Virus record (IMG/VR): IMGVR_UViG_3300025770_000870
Location: 177,919 to 241,918 of that record
Direction: 5' to 3' (one strand)
DNA length: 64,000 nucleotides
The notes beneath the pieces were generated by a model. The model made no database searches. It had not been told where the DNA came from and saw only the letters and a program-made list of their open reading frames with translations. Below are positions 27,756 through 37,816 of this stretch, piece after piece. Numbering within the stretch: the stretch's first letter is position 1; every line of letters starts with the position of its first letter. A program made the translations under genes and the position numbers.

Positions 27756-28727
27756 ATGTCTGTTATTAGCTATTTTGGTGGCAAGTCCTCAAAGGTCTTC
27801 CATCAGTTCATCAACACAAGAATACCAAAAGATGGTATCAAAACTTATGTAGAACCATTCTCAGGTGCAATGGGAACGTATATGGATGACCCAAATCTTA
27901 AATTCGATACAGTTGTTTATAATGATAAGAACCGCCACCAGGTGAACTTATATAAGTGTTGTCAAAATCCAACAGAAATGTTGATACATATAGATAATCT
28001 AAAGAGTGGTTTATTACACACAACAGAAACGGATCCAATAAAAAATTGGGATTTTTATAAAGCTATTTATAAGACATTTCAAAAGAATGATTTCTTAGAT
28101 GATATGGATTTTGAGATTGGGGATTATGAAAAAGCTGCTATGTATGCTTTCTTAATTACATCAGCTCATAATTCAGTTTATCCAAGAGGAGCAGGGTTTA
28201 ATGGTTATAAGAAGAATAATGGCAAACTTAAAATAGAAGCACTTGTTAATAAACTAAAGAAGGGTAAGTACACAGAGAAATTGGAATCAATTACTGAGTT
28301 CTATAATATTGATTTTGAGGAATTGATAAACAAATATGATTCAGTAGATACATTTCTTTACTTAGACCCACCTTACGCTAGATTTGACGAGGCTAAAGGA
28401 ATGGATGATGCTAGGAGACTATTCTGGTATGGATGTGATGATGAAGGTGTCTTTGGACCCGAATCACATAGAAGGTTATTAGAAATGCTTAAAAAGACTG
28501 ATTGTAGATGGTCATTATCTTATTATTACTTTCCTTTATTAGAAGAATTATTACCAAGAGACCAATATAACTGGGTTGAGAAAGAAGTATTTAGAAGTTC
28601 TGCTCATGGTGGTAACAATTCGGATAATAAAAAGGTACAAGCTAAAGGTGTTGAGATGCTTATTATGAATTATAATCCAGAAACGGGAGAAAAAATCACT
28701 AATAAGGATGTCGAATGTGAACTTTAA
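27756..28727 (+). CDS. DNA adenine methyltransferase (Dam/D12 class)
   Basis: YFGGKS, YVEPFSGA, YNDKN, LYLDPPY. Confidence 0.9.
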   Translation: MSVISYFGGKSSKVFHQFINTRIPKDGIKTYVEPFSGAMGTYMDDPNLKFDTVVYNDKNRHQVNLYKCCQNPTEMLIHIDNLKSGLLHTTETDPIKNWDFYKAIYKTFQKNDFLDDMDFEIGDYEKAAMYAFLITSAHNSVYPRGAGFNGYKKNNGKLKIEALVNKLKKGKYTEKLESITEFYNIDFEELINKYDSVDTFLYLDPPYARFDEAKGMDDARRLFWYGCDDEGVFGPESHRRLLEMLKKTDCRWSLSYYYFPLLEELLPRDQYNWVEKEVFRSSAHGGNNSDNKKVQAKGVEMLIMNYNPETGEKITNKDVECEL

Positions 28728-29460
28728 GATTGTTGATATTTTCGAGAGTGTTAAGGATGATATTTTTTCAATTCAACCATATTTATCTATTAATAATAAT
28801 CTAAAAAATTTCACTACTAATACATTTAGTTTATCAATTCCGATGGAATTGGATGGGTTTGGTGTTGATACTGATGCTGAGATGATAAGTCTTATTAGGA
28901 TTGAGATGAATCAAAGTATTTATAAAACAATTTTGAAAGAATTATTCAATACTTCAAAATTTGATTATATAGATATTTCTAAAACTGTTAATACTCACCA
29001 ATCTGTTAATGATATTATTGATTTTTTATCTATTGATTGTATAGATAAAAAATATAAGTATTTAGTTACGAATACTTCTATGGCTAATTCAATAGGTGAT
29101 AGTTCATTATTTAACTTTAAACCAAGTGCATCGGTTGTAGAATCTCAAGGTTTACCATATTTATTTGGGTCTTTGATTAAATATGATGTTTATATAGATC
29201 CTTTTATGAAATTTGATGATAATAGAATTTGCTTATTTGATTCTTGTGAGATTAATATAGAGAATATAAATCAAACTGTTACATCAGCGGCCACATTTGC
29301 ACCTAAGATGATGATAAGTTATGATGTGGCTTTTAAAATAGCAGACTCTAAGGTTATATTTGTTTTAGATGGTAATGAATCAAGTAGTTCTTATAAGCAA
29401 TATAAACAATTACAGCGTGATATAAAAATAAATTCTTTATTAGATGGCTCAACAGATTAA
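28708..29460 (+). CDS. truncated major-capsid paralog with C-terminal RDIKINSLL motif
   Basis: YDVYIDPFMKFDDNRICL and AATFAPKMMI align with ISIYVDPYMRYNDNRIAL and EATFAPRMLL of the 22522 capsid. Confidence 0.75.
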   Translation: MSNVNFKIVDIFESVKDDIFSIQPYLSINNNLKNFTTNTFSLSIPMELDGFGVDTDAEMISLIRIEMNQSIYKTILKELFNTSKFDYIDISKTVNTHQSVNDIIDFLSIDCIDKKYKYLVTNTSMANSIGDSSLFNFKPSASVVESQGLPYLFGSLIKYDVYIDPFMKFDDNRICLFDSCEINIENINQTVTSAATFAPKMMISYDVAFKIADSKVIFVLDGNESSSSYKQYKQLQRDIKINSLLDGSTD

Positions 29461-29665
29461 TAATACATTCCAGGTGAATTCGGCTTCTAATAAAAATGCT
29501 ATTGTGGTTGATCCAGATGGATACACAACTATTGATAAATTAATACTTGTTGATCAAAAAGATGGAACTAAGTGGGATTTTTCAATTTATGATGGTGAGG
29601 TATTAGTTGAGCCACATGGTAAATCAGAAAAAAGAGAATATAGAATCAATAAGGTTATTTCTTAA
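29444..29665 (+). CDS. small protein, tail-fibre-like fragment with REYRINKVI motif
   Basis: LILVDQKDGTKWDFSIYDGEVLV resembles a fibre beta-hairpin motif; shared C-terminal motif. Confidence 0.5.
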   Translation: MAQQINNTFQVNSASNKNAIVVDPDGYTTIDKLILVDQKDGTKWDFSIYDGEVLVEPHGKSEKREYRINKVIS

Positions 29666-30113
29666 TTAATTTAATCTTTAAGTTACCATTTCCTTTTATT
29701 AGTCTATGATAAACACCCATAGGTATTTCTACAATACCCTCAATTACTTTTGGAAGTTGATTATCGATTTGAATCATCCAATCAGTTTCATTTATAGACT
29801 CTATAATTCTATCTTCTCTATCACGATGCCAAATAAATTCACCTGAATCAGTTTCTTGTTTAAATTCTCTGATAAATGTATTCTCTGATAACTGTTCTTC
29901 AATAAATGGTAATACAACGTCTGGGTTTTCATTTTGCCATTCTTTCAAAGCTTTCATATCAAATTCTTTTAATTCATTATCATATCCACATTGGTGACAT
30001 AAATATTTTCTATCATCATTTATTTCAATTTCCCAATTCCAATCACAGTTATCACAAGTAATTTCTTTGATTTTAGCGATTTCGAATATTTTATATGTTT
30101 CTAAGTGTTTCAT
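29655..30113 (-). CDS. zinc-ribbon plus cupin-like protein with CTS-like N-terminus
   Basis: MKHLETYKIFE; CDNC...CHQC; IWHRDREDRIIE and GVYHRLIKG. Confidence 0.6.
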   Translation of the reverse strand: MKHLETYKIFEIAKIKEITCDNCDWNWEIEINDDRKYLCHQCGYDNELKEFDMKALKEWQNENPDVVLPFIEEQLSENTFIREFKQETDSGEFIWHRDREDRIIESINETDWMIQIDNQLPKVIEGIVEIPMGVYHRLIKGNGNLKIKLIKK

Positions 30114-30133
30114 TTATTATAAATACTAATATT

Positions 30134-30703
30134 TTACCAATACCCAGGGTAGGTTCGCCCATTCCAAAGATGTCCGTATTTCGTGAGACGACAAGCCCAA
30201 TATCCAGCAGTTGTTCTATCCTTTTTGGTTGAGCATTTATGTCTAGCCGCGAAGCTCTTTCTAGCATCTGGGTTACTAACTTTAGCTGTTAGTCCACCAT
30301 GTACATCTCCAAAGGCAAGTTTTTTAACATTACCAGTCTTTGGGTTTTTAACATAAACGTGATATTTCTTAGTCCCGCCTCTTTTAGGATAATTTAATTT
30401 AACTTCTTTACCCTTATACTCTGCTTCATTTAATTCTTGAATATTTTCTATTGGTAAATCAAGTGGTACTAATTCATTATTAAACACTCCGAACCTACCA
30501 ATATCTGTTGATTCGAATAATTCATTATCTATATCACACAATTCAACAGTATTAGAATCGAATAACTTTCTAGCTTCTTTTATTACTTCATAAAAAGCAT
30601 CTGAACCAGGTCTAAAAACATTTTCAGTTATAGGTTTAGAACTATCTAAATGGTATTTTAGATTCTCTGATATTTCTTTATATTGATTAAATTTGTGTAT
30701 CAT
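30134..30703 (-). CDS. conserved T4-like phage protein (basic C-terminal domain) with CTS-like N-terminus
   Basis: VYVKNPKTGNVKKLAFG...ARKSFAARHKC...AGYWAC block familiar from large myoviruses. Confidence 0.65.
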   Translation of the reverse strand: MIHKFNQYKEISENLKYHLDSSKPITENVFRPGSDAFYEVIKEARKLFDSNTVELCDIDNELFESTDIGRFGVFNNELVPLDLPIENIQELNEAEYKGKEVKLNYPKRGGTKKYHVYVKNPKTGNVKKLAFGDVHGGLTAKVSNPDARKSFAARHKCSTKKDRTTAGYWACRLTKYGHLWNGRTYPGYW

Positions 30704-31119
30704 TCTTCTACTTCATTTTCACCATCACTTGTAAATTCAGAGAAGTTAATAACACCAACACCATCACTCTCAACACATTCGCATCCGGGGCATCCACATT
30801 CACAGCCAGCTTCTCCGGTGCAATTATCACAACAAGCACAATCTCCTGATAAAGTTTCATCACTTTCTTCTTCTAATTCATTCTCCATATCAATATTCTC
30901 AATATTCTCAATATTATCGATGTTAATCGTTATGAAGTTTTCAAACTTAACAATCTTATCCATTTCTTTTTTAAATGCCTTATCAACCTTTTCTTGGTCC
31001 TCAACAGATGTTGTGAATCCAGGTTCAACATCTTTATCAACTAGTTCTTTAGCATCAAATGTAATTTCTTGTGTTTCTTCTTCTTTTTTGGCTTCATTAA
31101 ACCTTTTAATCTTTTTCAT
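30700..31119 (-). CDS. acidic protein with metallothionein-like Cys cluster and CTS-like N-terminus
   Basis: MKKIKRFNE; CACCDNCTGEAGCECGCPGCEC. Confidence 0.7.
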   Translation of the reverse strand: MKKIKRFNEAKKEEETQEITFDAKELVDKDVEPGFTTSVEDQEKVDKAFKKEMDKIVKFENFITINIDNIENIENIDMENELEEESDETLSGDCACCDNCTGEAGCECGCPGCECVESDGVGVINFSEFTSDGENEVEE

Positions 31120-31127
31120 AGTTTTAA

Positions 31128-31334
31128 TTATTTCTTTTGGTACATTCCTTCCAGTACTTGGTACATAGCATCAACAACTCCATAAGAGTCAACTCCGAAG
31201 TCACCTTCATATTTTTCAGCAATTGAGATTATATCCTTTTCAAGTTCTTCCCATTTATCTCCAGATCTTTGTTTTTTTAGAACATCATCCCAATTAAACT
31301 CTTCACTTTCGTTAAATTTCTTTAAGTGTTTCAT
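31128..31334 (-). CDS. small protein with CTS-like N-terminus
   Basis: MKHLKKFNES. Confidence 0.7.
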   Translation of the reverse strand: MKHLKKFNESEEFNWDDVLKKQRSGDKWEELEKDIISIAEKYEGDFGVDSYGVVDAMYQVLEGMYQKK

Positions 31335-31708
31335 TATTTACTACTTATTTTTTTAATTATCTGAGCACATTTTTCATACTCTTCTTTATCTTCATATTCA
31401 GTTAGAAACTCTCTTAATTGTTGAGTATCTGCCAATTCTAATTTTATTAGAAATTTAATTTCCTTTAATTCATCGAAGTTTTTTATTTCATGGTCAATTA
31501 TTTTATCAACAATTTCTCTATCAAATTGTGACATTCCCATAAAATCATTCCAATCATTAATATCATTATCTTTTAAGAATTCTAAAATGTTAAATAAACA
31601 AGTATCTAATCTTGATTTTTTAGATGACTTATTTGTTTTTTTCTTATTAAATATCTTTCTAAAGAATTCTTCGTTTATAAATTCCATATAGCTATCGATT
31701 CTTATCAT
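31334..31708 (-). CDS. protein with C-terminal UVR (UvrB/UvrC)-like motif and CTS-like N-terminus
   Basis: likely start MIRIDSYMEFINE at 31708; ends EYEDKEEYEKCAQIIKKI. Confidence 0.6.
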   Translation of the reverse strand: MIRIDSYMEFINEEFFRKIFNKKKTNKSSKKSRLDTCLFNILEFLKDNDINDWNDFMGMSQFDREIVDKIIDHEIKNFDELKEIKFLIKLELADTQQLREFLTEYEDKEEYEKCAQIIKKISSK

Positions 31709-31778
31709 TACATATATATTAATTTTCTCTATCAAGAAATGTAAAATTAATATATAAACAAAACCGGAATGTAAATAG

Positions 31779-34700
31779 ATGTCAAATCATAAGAATCTTG
31801 TATTTTTCAATAAAGAAGGAGACTACTTAAACTTTAATTATAGTGAATCTAATGATAGATTCGAAGGAGATATGCTCTTTCACGAAAATTCAACAGATAC
31901 GTTTAAGACTTATGGTCTTTATACTATGGAAAATATACCATCTTTTGAGTTTGAATTACCTGGTGAATTAACAACTAAAAAGTTTCAATTATTTAATGAA
32001 TATGGTTTAAACCTATATGGTGCTAAGTATGATGACCAAGATATAATAAATATCGAACCGGTTAATAACGATCCCTCTTTCTACTCTAAATGGATATATG
32101 GTATTGACTTTGAATCAAAATTCCCAACAGGAACACTTATCAAGTTTAATAGTCCTTTATTTGAGTTTAATAATATTAACCAAACATATGCTGTTGTTAG
32201 TAGTAAGAAAAATGCTATTATGATTATTGGGCAGATGGATAATGCTACATTTGAAAGTACTTACTATTCATCATATATTGATGTGAATAGTTATGATAAT
32301 AAAACGATAACGGGAATTAATGCTGTTGGTGTTTATAATTATATAGATTCTTCTTATGATAATAATTTATCTGATTGGTCAGAGCCGGATTTTTATGATG
32401 AATATTATGTTGGTAAGAAATTAAATTTAGTTAATACTGAATTTAATGATTCGGTAGTCTCTGTTGAGAATATAGATGTTACAGATCAAGTTCATTTTGA
32501 ATTCTCAACAAACAATTCTAATTTACCCGATGATTCAAATTTTATAATAGAAGTTATAACAAAAACTGATATACCTAAGGTGTATGAAGGAGGGTTAAGT
32601 ATAACTACTGATAGTAGAATCTATATAAATAACGTTTTTAATTACCCACATATACTAAAATCTGGTACGGAATTCAAAATTATAGGATCTGTTGATAATC
32701 AAAATTTTTTAAGAGTTTCTAATATACCAACATTTGCTGGTAACACACAATTAACATATTATGCTACACAGTCTCAAGTTTTATTCAATAATAGAATATA
32801 TGAATGTGTAAAAGGTTATACACAAAGCTTTGCATCACAAACAACATCCTTTGTAACACCTTTAAATACTAATTATTGGTCTAACCCAACTTATGTTAAA
32901 GTTGAACAGTCCACGGTTGCAGAATCTTTATTATCTGCTCAGATATATTTAACAACAGATAGATATTATTTTTATACTGGTTGGACTAGTTCAGCTGCTG
33001 TTACATTAGCGTCTGCTGCTGATAAATATAAAGAAGATCTTAAAATATTTAATATTGATTTATTTTATAAAAATAATACATTAAAATCTGATTTAATTTA
33101 TCCTAGTGATTATGCTAAAGTTAACTTTTATCATAGTGAAATAGGTGCTACCTATTCCATCGGCTCTGAATTAAAAACTTCTGAGAGATTGGTTGAGGTT
33201 GAAGAAGAATTAAATTATGAATTAAATTATGATATATCTGAGAATTTCAAATATAATATTGTTTTTACTGATATTGATGAATTTGGTATACTGGTCGAGG
33301 TCAATAAAATGATATATGATGAAGAAGTTGCCTTTATTTATACCGGATCAATCATTGATATGGAAAGAACAATAGATAGAACTTTAAGATCTTGGTTATC
33401 ACGGTGGTATTTAAGATTATTATCATTAGGTATAATAGCTGAATTAAAATATGTAGGTAATTATACTTCTGTATTTTATAATTCAATTGTTTTGAGAACA
33501 GAATATCCTAATGTTCCACTTGATATAAATAATGTTGAGGTTGGTATAACAGCAAATTATCATATAGAACACTCTAGAGTTTTGTTCGATGACATGGGAC
33601 CATTTTTAAATATCATAATAAATGATGAATCATATTCACAACAAACAATTTATAGTGGATTACTTCCGGATATCCCATCTACTTTATCAGCTTGGATGGA
33701 AAAACATTCTGAGATATTAGTCAGCTTCGAGATTTTCGTAACAAATATTAATAATTTATTGAAATTTGATATTAAGCATTTGGGTAGAAGACTAGATTAT
33801 ACAATAACTACTGGTAAATTAAATATACCGGGTTTACAAGATTATATAATAACAGAAAAGATATTAGGTAATCATGGTATGTTAATAGCTTCTAATGAGG
33901 TTTTACTACCTGATACATCATTAACATCATTTGAGGATTCTGGGTTCGCTACGGGTATGGTATTTGCTATAAACAATACATACCATCCATATGTTAATCA
34001 AGATTTTAATATACAATTTTTAGACCCACAGGTGCTGAATTTGAGTTATCAAGGACCTTTTTGGGGATTAACCGATAGTATTTGTAATTCATCAGCTTTT
34101 GTTACATTAGCATTTGATTATGGTTTTGGCCAAACTGGTTGCCAGCCAATAATTGTACCAACTCAATCTGAGGGTGGTGCGTTTGGCGGAGGTGATGATG
34201 GTGCTTCTCCAGGATTACCAATGAGCTCCTTCGATTTGAATATGTTCTCTTTATCATATAATCTGAATGAATATGTGGTTAATGAATATGATTTAAATTC
34301 TTTCTCTGGGACTACCGGATTAGTTGATATTAAATATGTTCAGTTATCTAATTCTATGTATGCTTATGGAGATGAATTAGTTGTTATAGATGCTTATATA
34401 GGACAATATATAACAACAGTTGCTTTACCAGGTAATACACAAAGTATAGAGGTTGAATTTAACCCTATAAATAATTATCTTTACTGTTTATCTAAAAACA
34501 GTATTTATGTTGTTGATCCTCTTATTAATACCTTGATTAACACAATTTCTTTATCTAATGACGCTTTTGATATCGGGATGAATCCAATAAATGGTGATGT
34601 TTATGTTACATATGATAATATACCATATATTGATATTTGGGAATATAATAATTTAACTAATATACCAAATCATAATCTGACAACACCATCACCATTAGAT

Positions 34701-37646
34701 ACTAAGACGGGAAAAATGGTATTTAATGATTTTGAAGGTGATATGTATATTACAACTAATGCTGATTTGGTAGTTAGAATAGATGGTTTAACAAGAACAT
34801 TTCAGACGAGTTATGGTGTTACTGGATTAACACATTCGATTTTTTATGAACCGGTTAATGAGGGTATATATGTTTATGGATCTGCTAGTTTATGGAAAAT
34901 AGATAATGGCGCTACACAATCGATTGCTTTACCATCACAAGCATTCAATGATGTTATATTTAATAATATAACTGGTGAGATGAACGTATCCGATTCATCT
35001 ACAAATTTTACTAGAATGAATTTAGATACTGATTTTTATTTACAAACCGGTGTTTCTAATTATGGGTATTTAATGATAAATCAATTTGATGGTGATGTTT
35101 ATTTATCATCACAAACATATGATAATATACTGGTTTTGGATGGTGTTGATGGTACTGTTAAATATACCGCTCCTGTGAGCGCACAGACGACAAAATTAGT
35201 TTATAATCCTGAAAGAAAATCTATATGGGCAATACAGCCATCTATAAACTCAGTCGTTGAGCTTGATGTTGAGCTTGGTGGTGTTATAAATTTATTACCA
35301 CCAACATATGATACAATTGAGGATAATCAATACGGTACTTTGGATCCAGATTATGAACAAAGAGAAAGTATTTGGTTAAAAACCAGAGATTATATGAGAA
35401 GACCGAGAGAAAATTTTGAGGGTGATGTCTCTGTTAAGTATTATTGGAGGTGGCTTTCTGATAATGTTCCTCAATTCTTCTTATATGATTTTAGTGGTAT
35501 TCAATTAGATAGAACCACAACTGGATCATATTCTTATATTGGTGAAAGACCTTTAACAGAAGTAGTTCTTAATAAATATCCAAATAGTGATATTAGTAAG
35601 GTATCTTTGTCACAATACCAACAAACTATATTCGATAAGGTCGAACAAACATTAAGTTATGTTGATGATGAGGATGATATTTCAACTGATGTAGAACCTT
35701 TGCAATTATTTTTGGGATTCAAATCTGAAAATCCAGGTGCTTTAAGATCTGTATTGCAATTGTATAAGAAAGAAGAAATTTATTTCGATATTATATCGGA
35801 TACTGTGAATAGTATTACACTTGAAACTTTGGATATTAATAATGAGAATAAAAGAGGTCAATTAACAATATTAGAATCATCAATTGAAACATTTACTAAA
35901 AAGGGATTAAAACCTGGTCAACATATTGTTGTTTATTTAAAGGATACTATGAATGATGAAAATCAGTATATATCTGGTAATAATGGTATTCTTTTGAAGG
36001 TTAGGGAGGTTTATACCAAGACGTTAGTTGTGGATTTCTTTAATCTATCTTATGACTTCATAGAGTATGAAAATACTGTTATATCGGATTATCCATTTGT
36101 CGGTACTAATACTTATTTAGATTTAAGTATAAAGGTTGTTGATAGAGAAATAGGTAGGTTCACAACCTATGCTGAGACAGAGGAGGAAGATATTCGATTT
36201 AAAGTAGAATTGGGTAATGTTGGTAAATTAATTGGTCCAAATGAAGTTTTTATATTCAAGGAGTATGATATATTAGAGGGTGGTATAGACTGGCCTTATC
36301 TCAATAAGAAGAGAAAGGAGATGTTGATGATGAAACATTTGATATATCCTTATATCGGAGCTTATAAGTCTATTATAAATGCGATTAATTACTTTGGTTA
36401 TAATGATTTACAATTGAATGAATATTATAAAAATGTTGATCCAGCTTCCGAGAATTTCTCTAAGTTGTTTAAGGTTGAAATACCTGATATATTTGATAAT
36501 AGTGTTGATGGTTGGGAAGAAAATGACTTCATAAAACACACAATGCCGAATAATAAATTTGATGGTACAAATTTATTTAATTTAACATATTTTATAACAG
36601 ATAAAGAGGGTAATAATGTACTCAGTTATAGTATTGATGAAATTATTATAAAATTACAAGGATTGAAATTTTGGCTTAAGAATAATATTATCCCATTGAC
36701 ACATAAGATAATGGATATAACAGGTAAATCTTATATAAATAATGGTACTTATATAGTACACAAGGTACATGATGTTAGAATATTTAATATAAATCAAGAA
36801 ATGACACCGATAACATTTAAATTAAATGAGTCTTATTTATCTCCTGTTAATAGTGGATCTACTGTTTATGATTGTGTTCTTGATTTTTATTCAATAATAC
36901 CTGGAGTTGGTGCTGAGATTACACCATCGGAGACATTATTAGAAAAGCCTAAAACTTTTAATGGTTCTAATTTGGTTCTTCCTGATTATTTTAATATTAA
37001 AATAAGAACTTATAAAACTTATAAAGAATGGGCTCCTTTTAAAACTTATATTACCGGTGATAAGGTTACTTATTATGATAAATTATATGAGTCTGTTATT
37101 GATAACAATAAGGTTAAAAATCCTAGAAAATATGAAAATGCTACTGAGTGGAATGCTACTGATGGTTACCAATTAACTAATATAGTTCAATATAGAAGAG
37201 ATTTTTATGTTTATAGTGGTTTAGGTAATACACAATCAATCATCAGTCCTAATTTAGATCCAGGAAATTGGTTAGATGTTACTGAGTGGAGGCAACTTGA
37301 TTATGATCCTGTACAGACTATAAATGAATTTAGATCTGGTGATGATTTGTTACCATTTAATTTCATTATTGATTCAAATATTGACCCGTTTATAGTCATT
37401 GAAGTTACATCAGATAATGGATATGGTAGTGTTTATAGTGATAAAAAAAATTATGAAATTAGAGGATTGAAAGATTTAACAGAACCATATAATCCTATTG
37501 ATCCAATTGGTCCTTTTGAGCCAATACCACCAGTTTATGGAGAACAACCAGCAATTCCTTTCCATGGTGGGCATGGAAACCCACATGGTGAGCCACCAGT
37601 ACTACCACCACCCGGCCGTGGAGGAATTCCAAATATTTCGCCGTAG
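31779..37646 (+). CDS. large virion structural protein (baseplate/fibre, central beta-propeller)
   Basis: 1955 aa, YVTN-like repeats (EFNPINNYLY, MNPINGDVYV, YNPERKSIW), GAYKSIINAINYFGY wedge-like block, late promoter. Confidence 0.7.
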   Translation: MSNHKNLVFFNKEGDYLNFNYSESNDRFEGDMLFHENSTDTFKTYGLYTMENIPSFEFELPGELTTKKFQLFNEYGLNLYGAKYDDQDIINIEPVNNDPSFYSKWIYGIDFESKFPTGTLIKFNSPLFEFNNINQTYAVVSSKKNAIMIIGQMDNATFESTYYSSYIDVNSYDNKTITGINAVGVYNYIDSSYDNNLSDWSEPDFYDEYYVGKKLNLVNTEFNDSVVSVENIDVTDQVHFEFSTNNSNLPDDSNFIIEVITKTDIPKVYEGGLSITTDSRIYINNVFNYPHILKSGTEFKIIGSVDNQNFLRVSNIPTFAGNTQLTYYATQSQVLFNNRIYECVKGYTQSFASQTTSFVTPLNTNYWSNPTYVKVEQSTVAESLLSAQIYLTTDRYYFYTGWTSSAAVTLASAADKYKEDLKIFNIDLFYKNNTLKSDLIYPSDYAKVNFYHSEIGATYSIGSELKTSERLVEVEEELNYELNYDISENFKYNIVFTDIDEFGILVEVNKMIYDEEVAFIYTGSIIDMERTIDRTLRSWLSRWYLRLLSLGIIAELKYVGNYTSVFYNSIVLRTEYPNVPLDINNVEVGITANYHIEHSRVLFDDMGPFLNIIINDESYSQQTIYSGLLPDIPSTLSAWMEKHSEILVSFEIFVTNINNLLKFDIKHLGRRLDYTITTGKLNIPGLQDYIITEKILGNHGMLIASNEVLLPDTSLTSFEDSGFATGMVFAINNTYHPYVNQDFNIQFLDPQVLNLSYQGPFWGLTDSICNSSAFVTLAFDYGFGQTGCQPIIVPTQSEGGAFGGGDDGASPGLPMSSFDLNMFSLSYNLNEYVVNEYDLNSFSGTTGLVDIKYVQLSNSMYAYGDELVVIDAYIGQYITTVALPGNTQSIEVEFNPINNYLYCLSKNSIYVVDPLINTLINTISLSNDAFDIGMNPINGDVYVTYDNIPYIDIWEYNNLTNIPNHNLTTPSPLDTKTGKMVFNDFEGDMYITTNADLVVRIDGLTRTFQTSYGVTGLTHSIFYEPVNEGIYVYGSASLWKIDNGATQSIALPSQAFNDVIFNNITGEMNVSDSSTNFTRMNLDTDFYLQTGVSNYGYLMINQFDGDVYLSSQTYDNILVLDGVDGTVKYTAPVSAQTTKLVYNPERKSIWAIQPSINSVVELDVELGGVINLLPPTYDTIEDNQYGTLDPDYEQRESIWLKTRDYMRRPRENFEGDVSVKYYWRWLSDNVPQFFLYDFSGIQLDRTTTGSYSYIGERPLTEVVLNKYPNSDISKVSLSQYQQTIFDKVEQTLSYVDDEDDISTDVEPLQLFLGFKSENPGALRSVLQLYKKEEIYFDIISDTVNSITLETLDINNENKRGQLTILESSIETFTKKGLKPGQHIVVYLKDTMNDENQYISGNNGILLKVREVYTKTLVVDFFNLSYDFIEYENTVISDYPFVGTNTYLDLSIKVVDREIGRFTTYAETEEEDIRFKVELGNVGKLIGPNEVFIFKEYDILEGGIDWPYLNKKRKEMLMMKHLIYPYIGAYKSIINAINYFGYNDLQLNEYYKNVDPASENFSKLFKVEIPDIFDNSVDGWEENDFIKHTMPNNKFDGTNLFNLTYFITDKEGNNVLSYSIDEIIIKLQGLKFWLKNNIIPLTHKIMDITGKSYINNGTYIVHKVHDVRIFNINQEMTPITFKLNESYLSPVNSGSTVYDCVLDFYSIIPGVGAEITPSETLLEKPKTFNGSNLVLPDYFNIKIRTYKTYKEWAPFKTYITGDKVTYYDKLYESVIDNNKVKNPRKYENATEWNATDGYQLTNIVQYRRDFYVYSGLGNTQSIISPNLDPGNWLDVTEWRQLDYDPVQTINEFRSGDDLLPFNFIIDSNIDPFIVIEVTSDNGYGSVYSDKKNYEIRGLKDLTEPYNPIDPIGPFEPIPPVYGEQPAIPFHGGHGNPHGEPPVLPPPGRGGIPNISP

Positions 37647-37761
37647 TGTTTCGAATCCAAAATAATAGCTCATCAAAAGTTGAATATTTTACCTAACGCT
37701 CGATTAATTTAATGGTACACGTTTCCAGACATATACGGTTTTTAGTAAAACTAAACATCAT

Positions 37762-37795
37762 AAAAAAACCCCATCATAAAAATGATGGGGTTTTT
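37762..37795. terminator. bidirectional intrinsic terminator
   Basis: AAAAAACCCCATCAT-aaaa-ATGATGGGGTTTTT. Confidence 0.85.
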
Positions 37796-37816
37796 ATTTA
37801 TTGTTTATTCTATTAT

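Noticed and set aside
30683-31168. Plus-strand 161-aa ORF
   Set aside because: Antisense to the Cys-rich CTS gene, which fits the minus-strand operon and motif family
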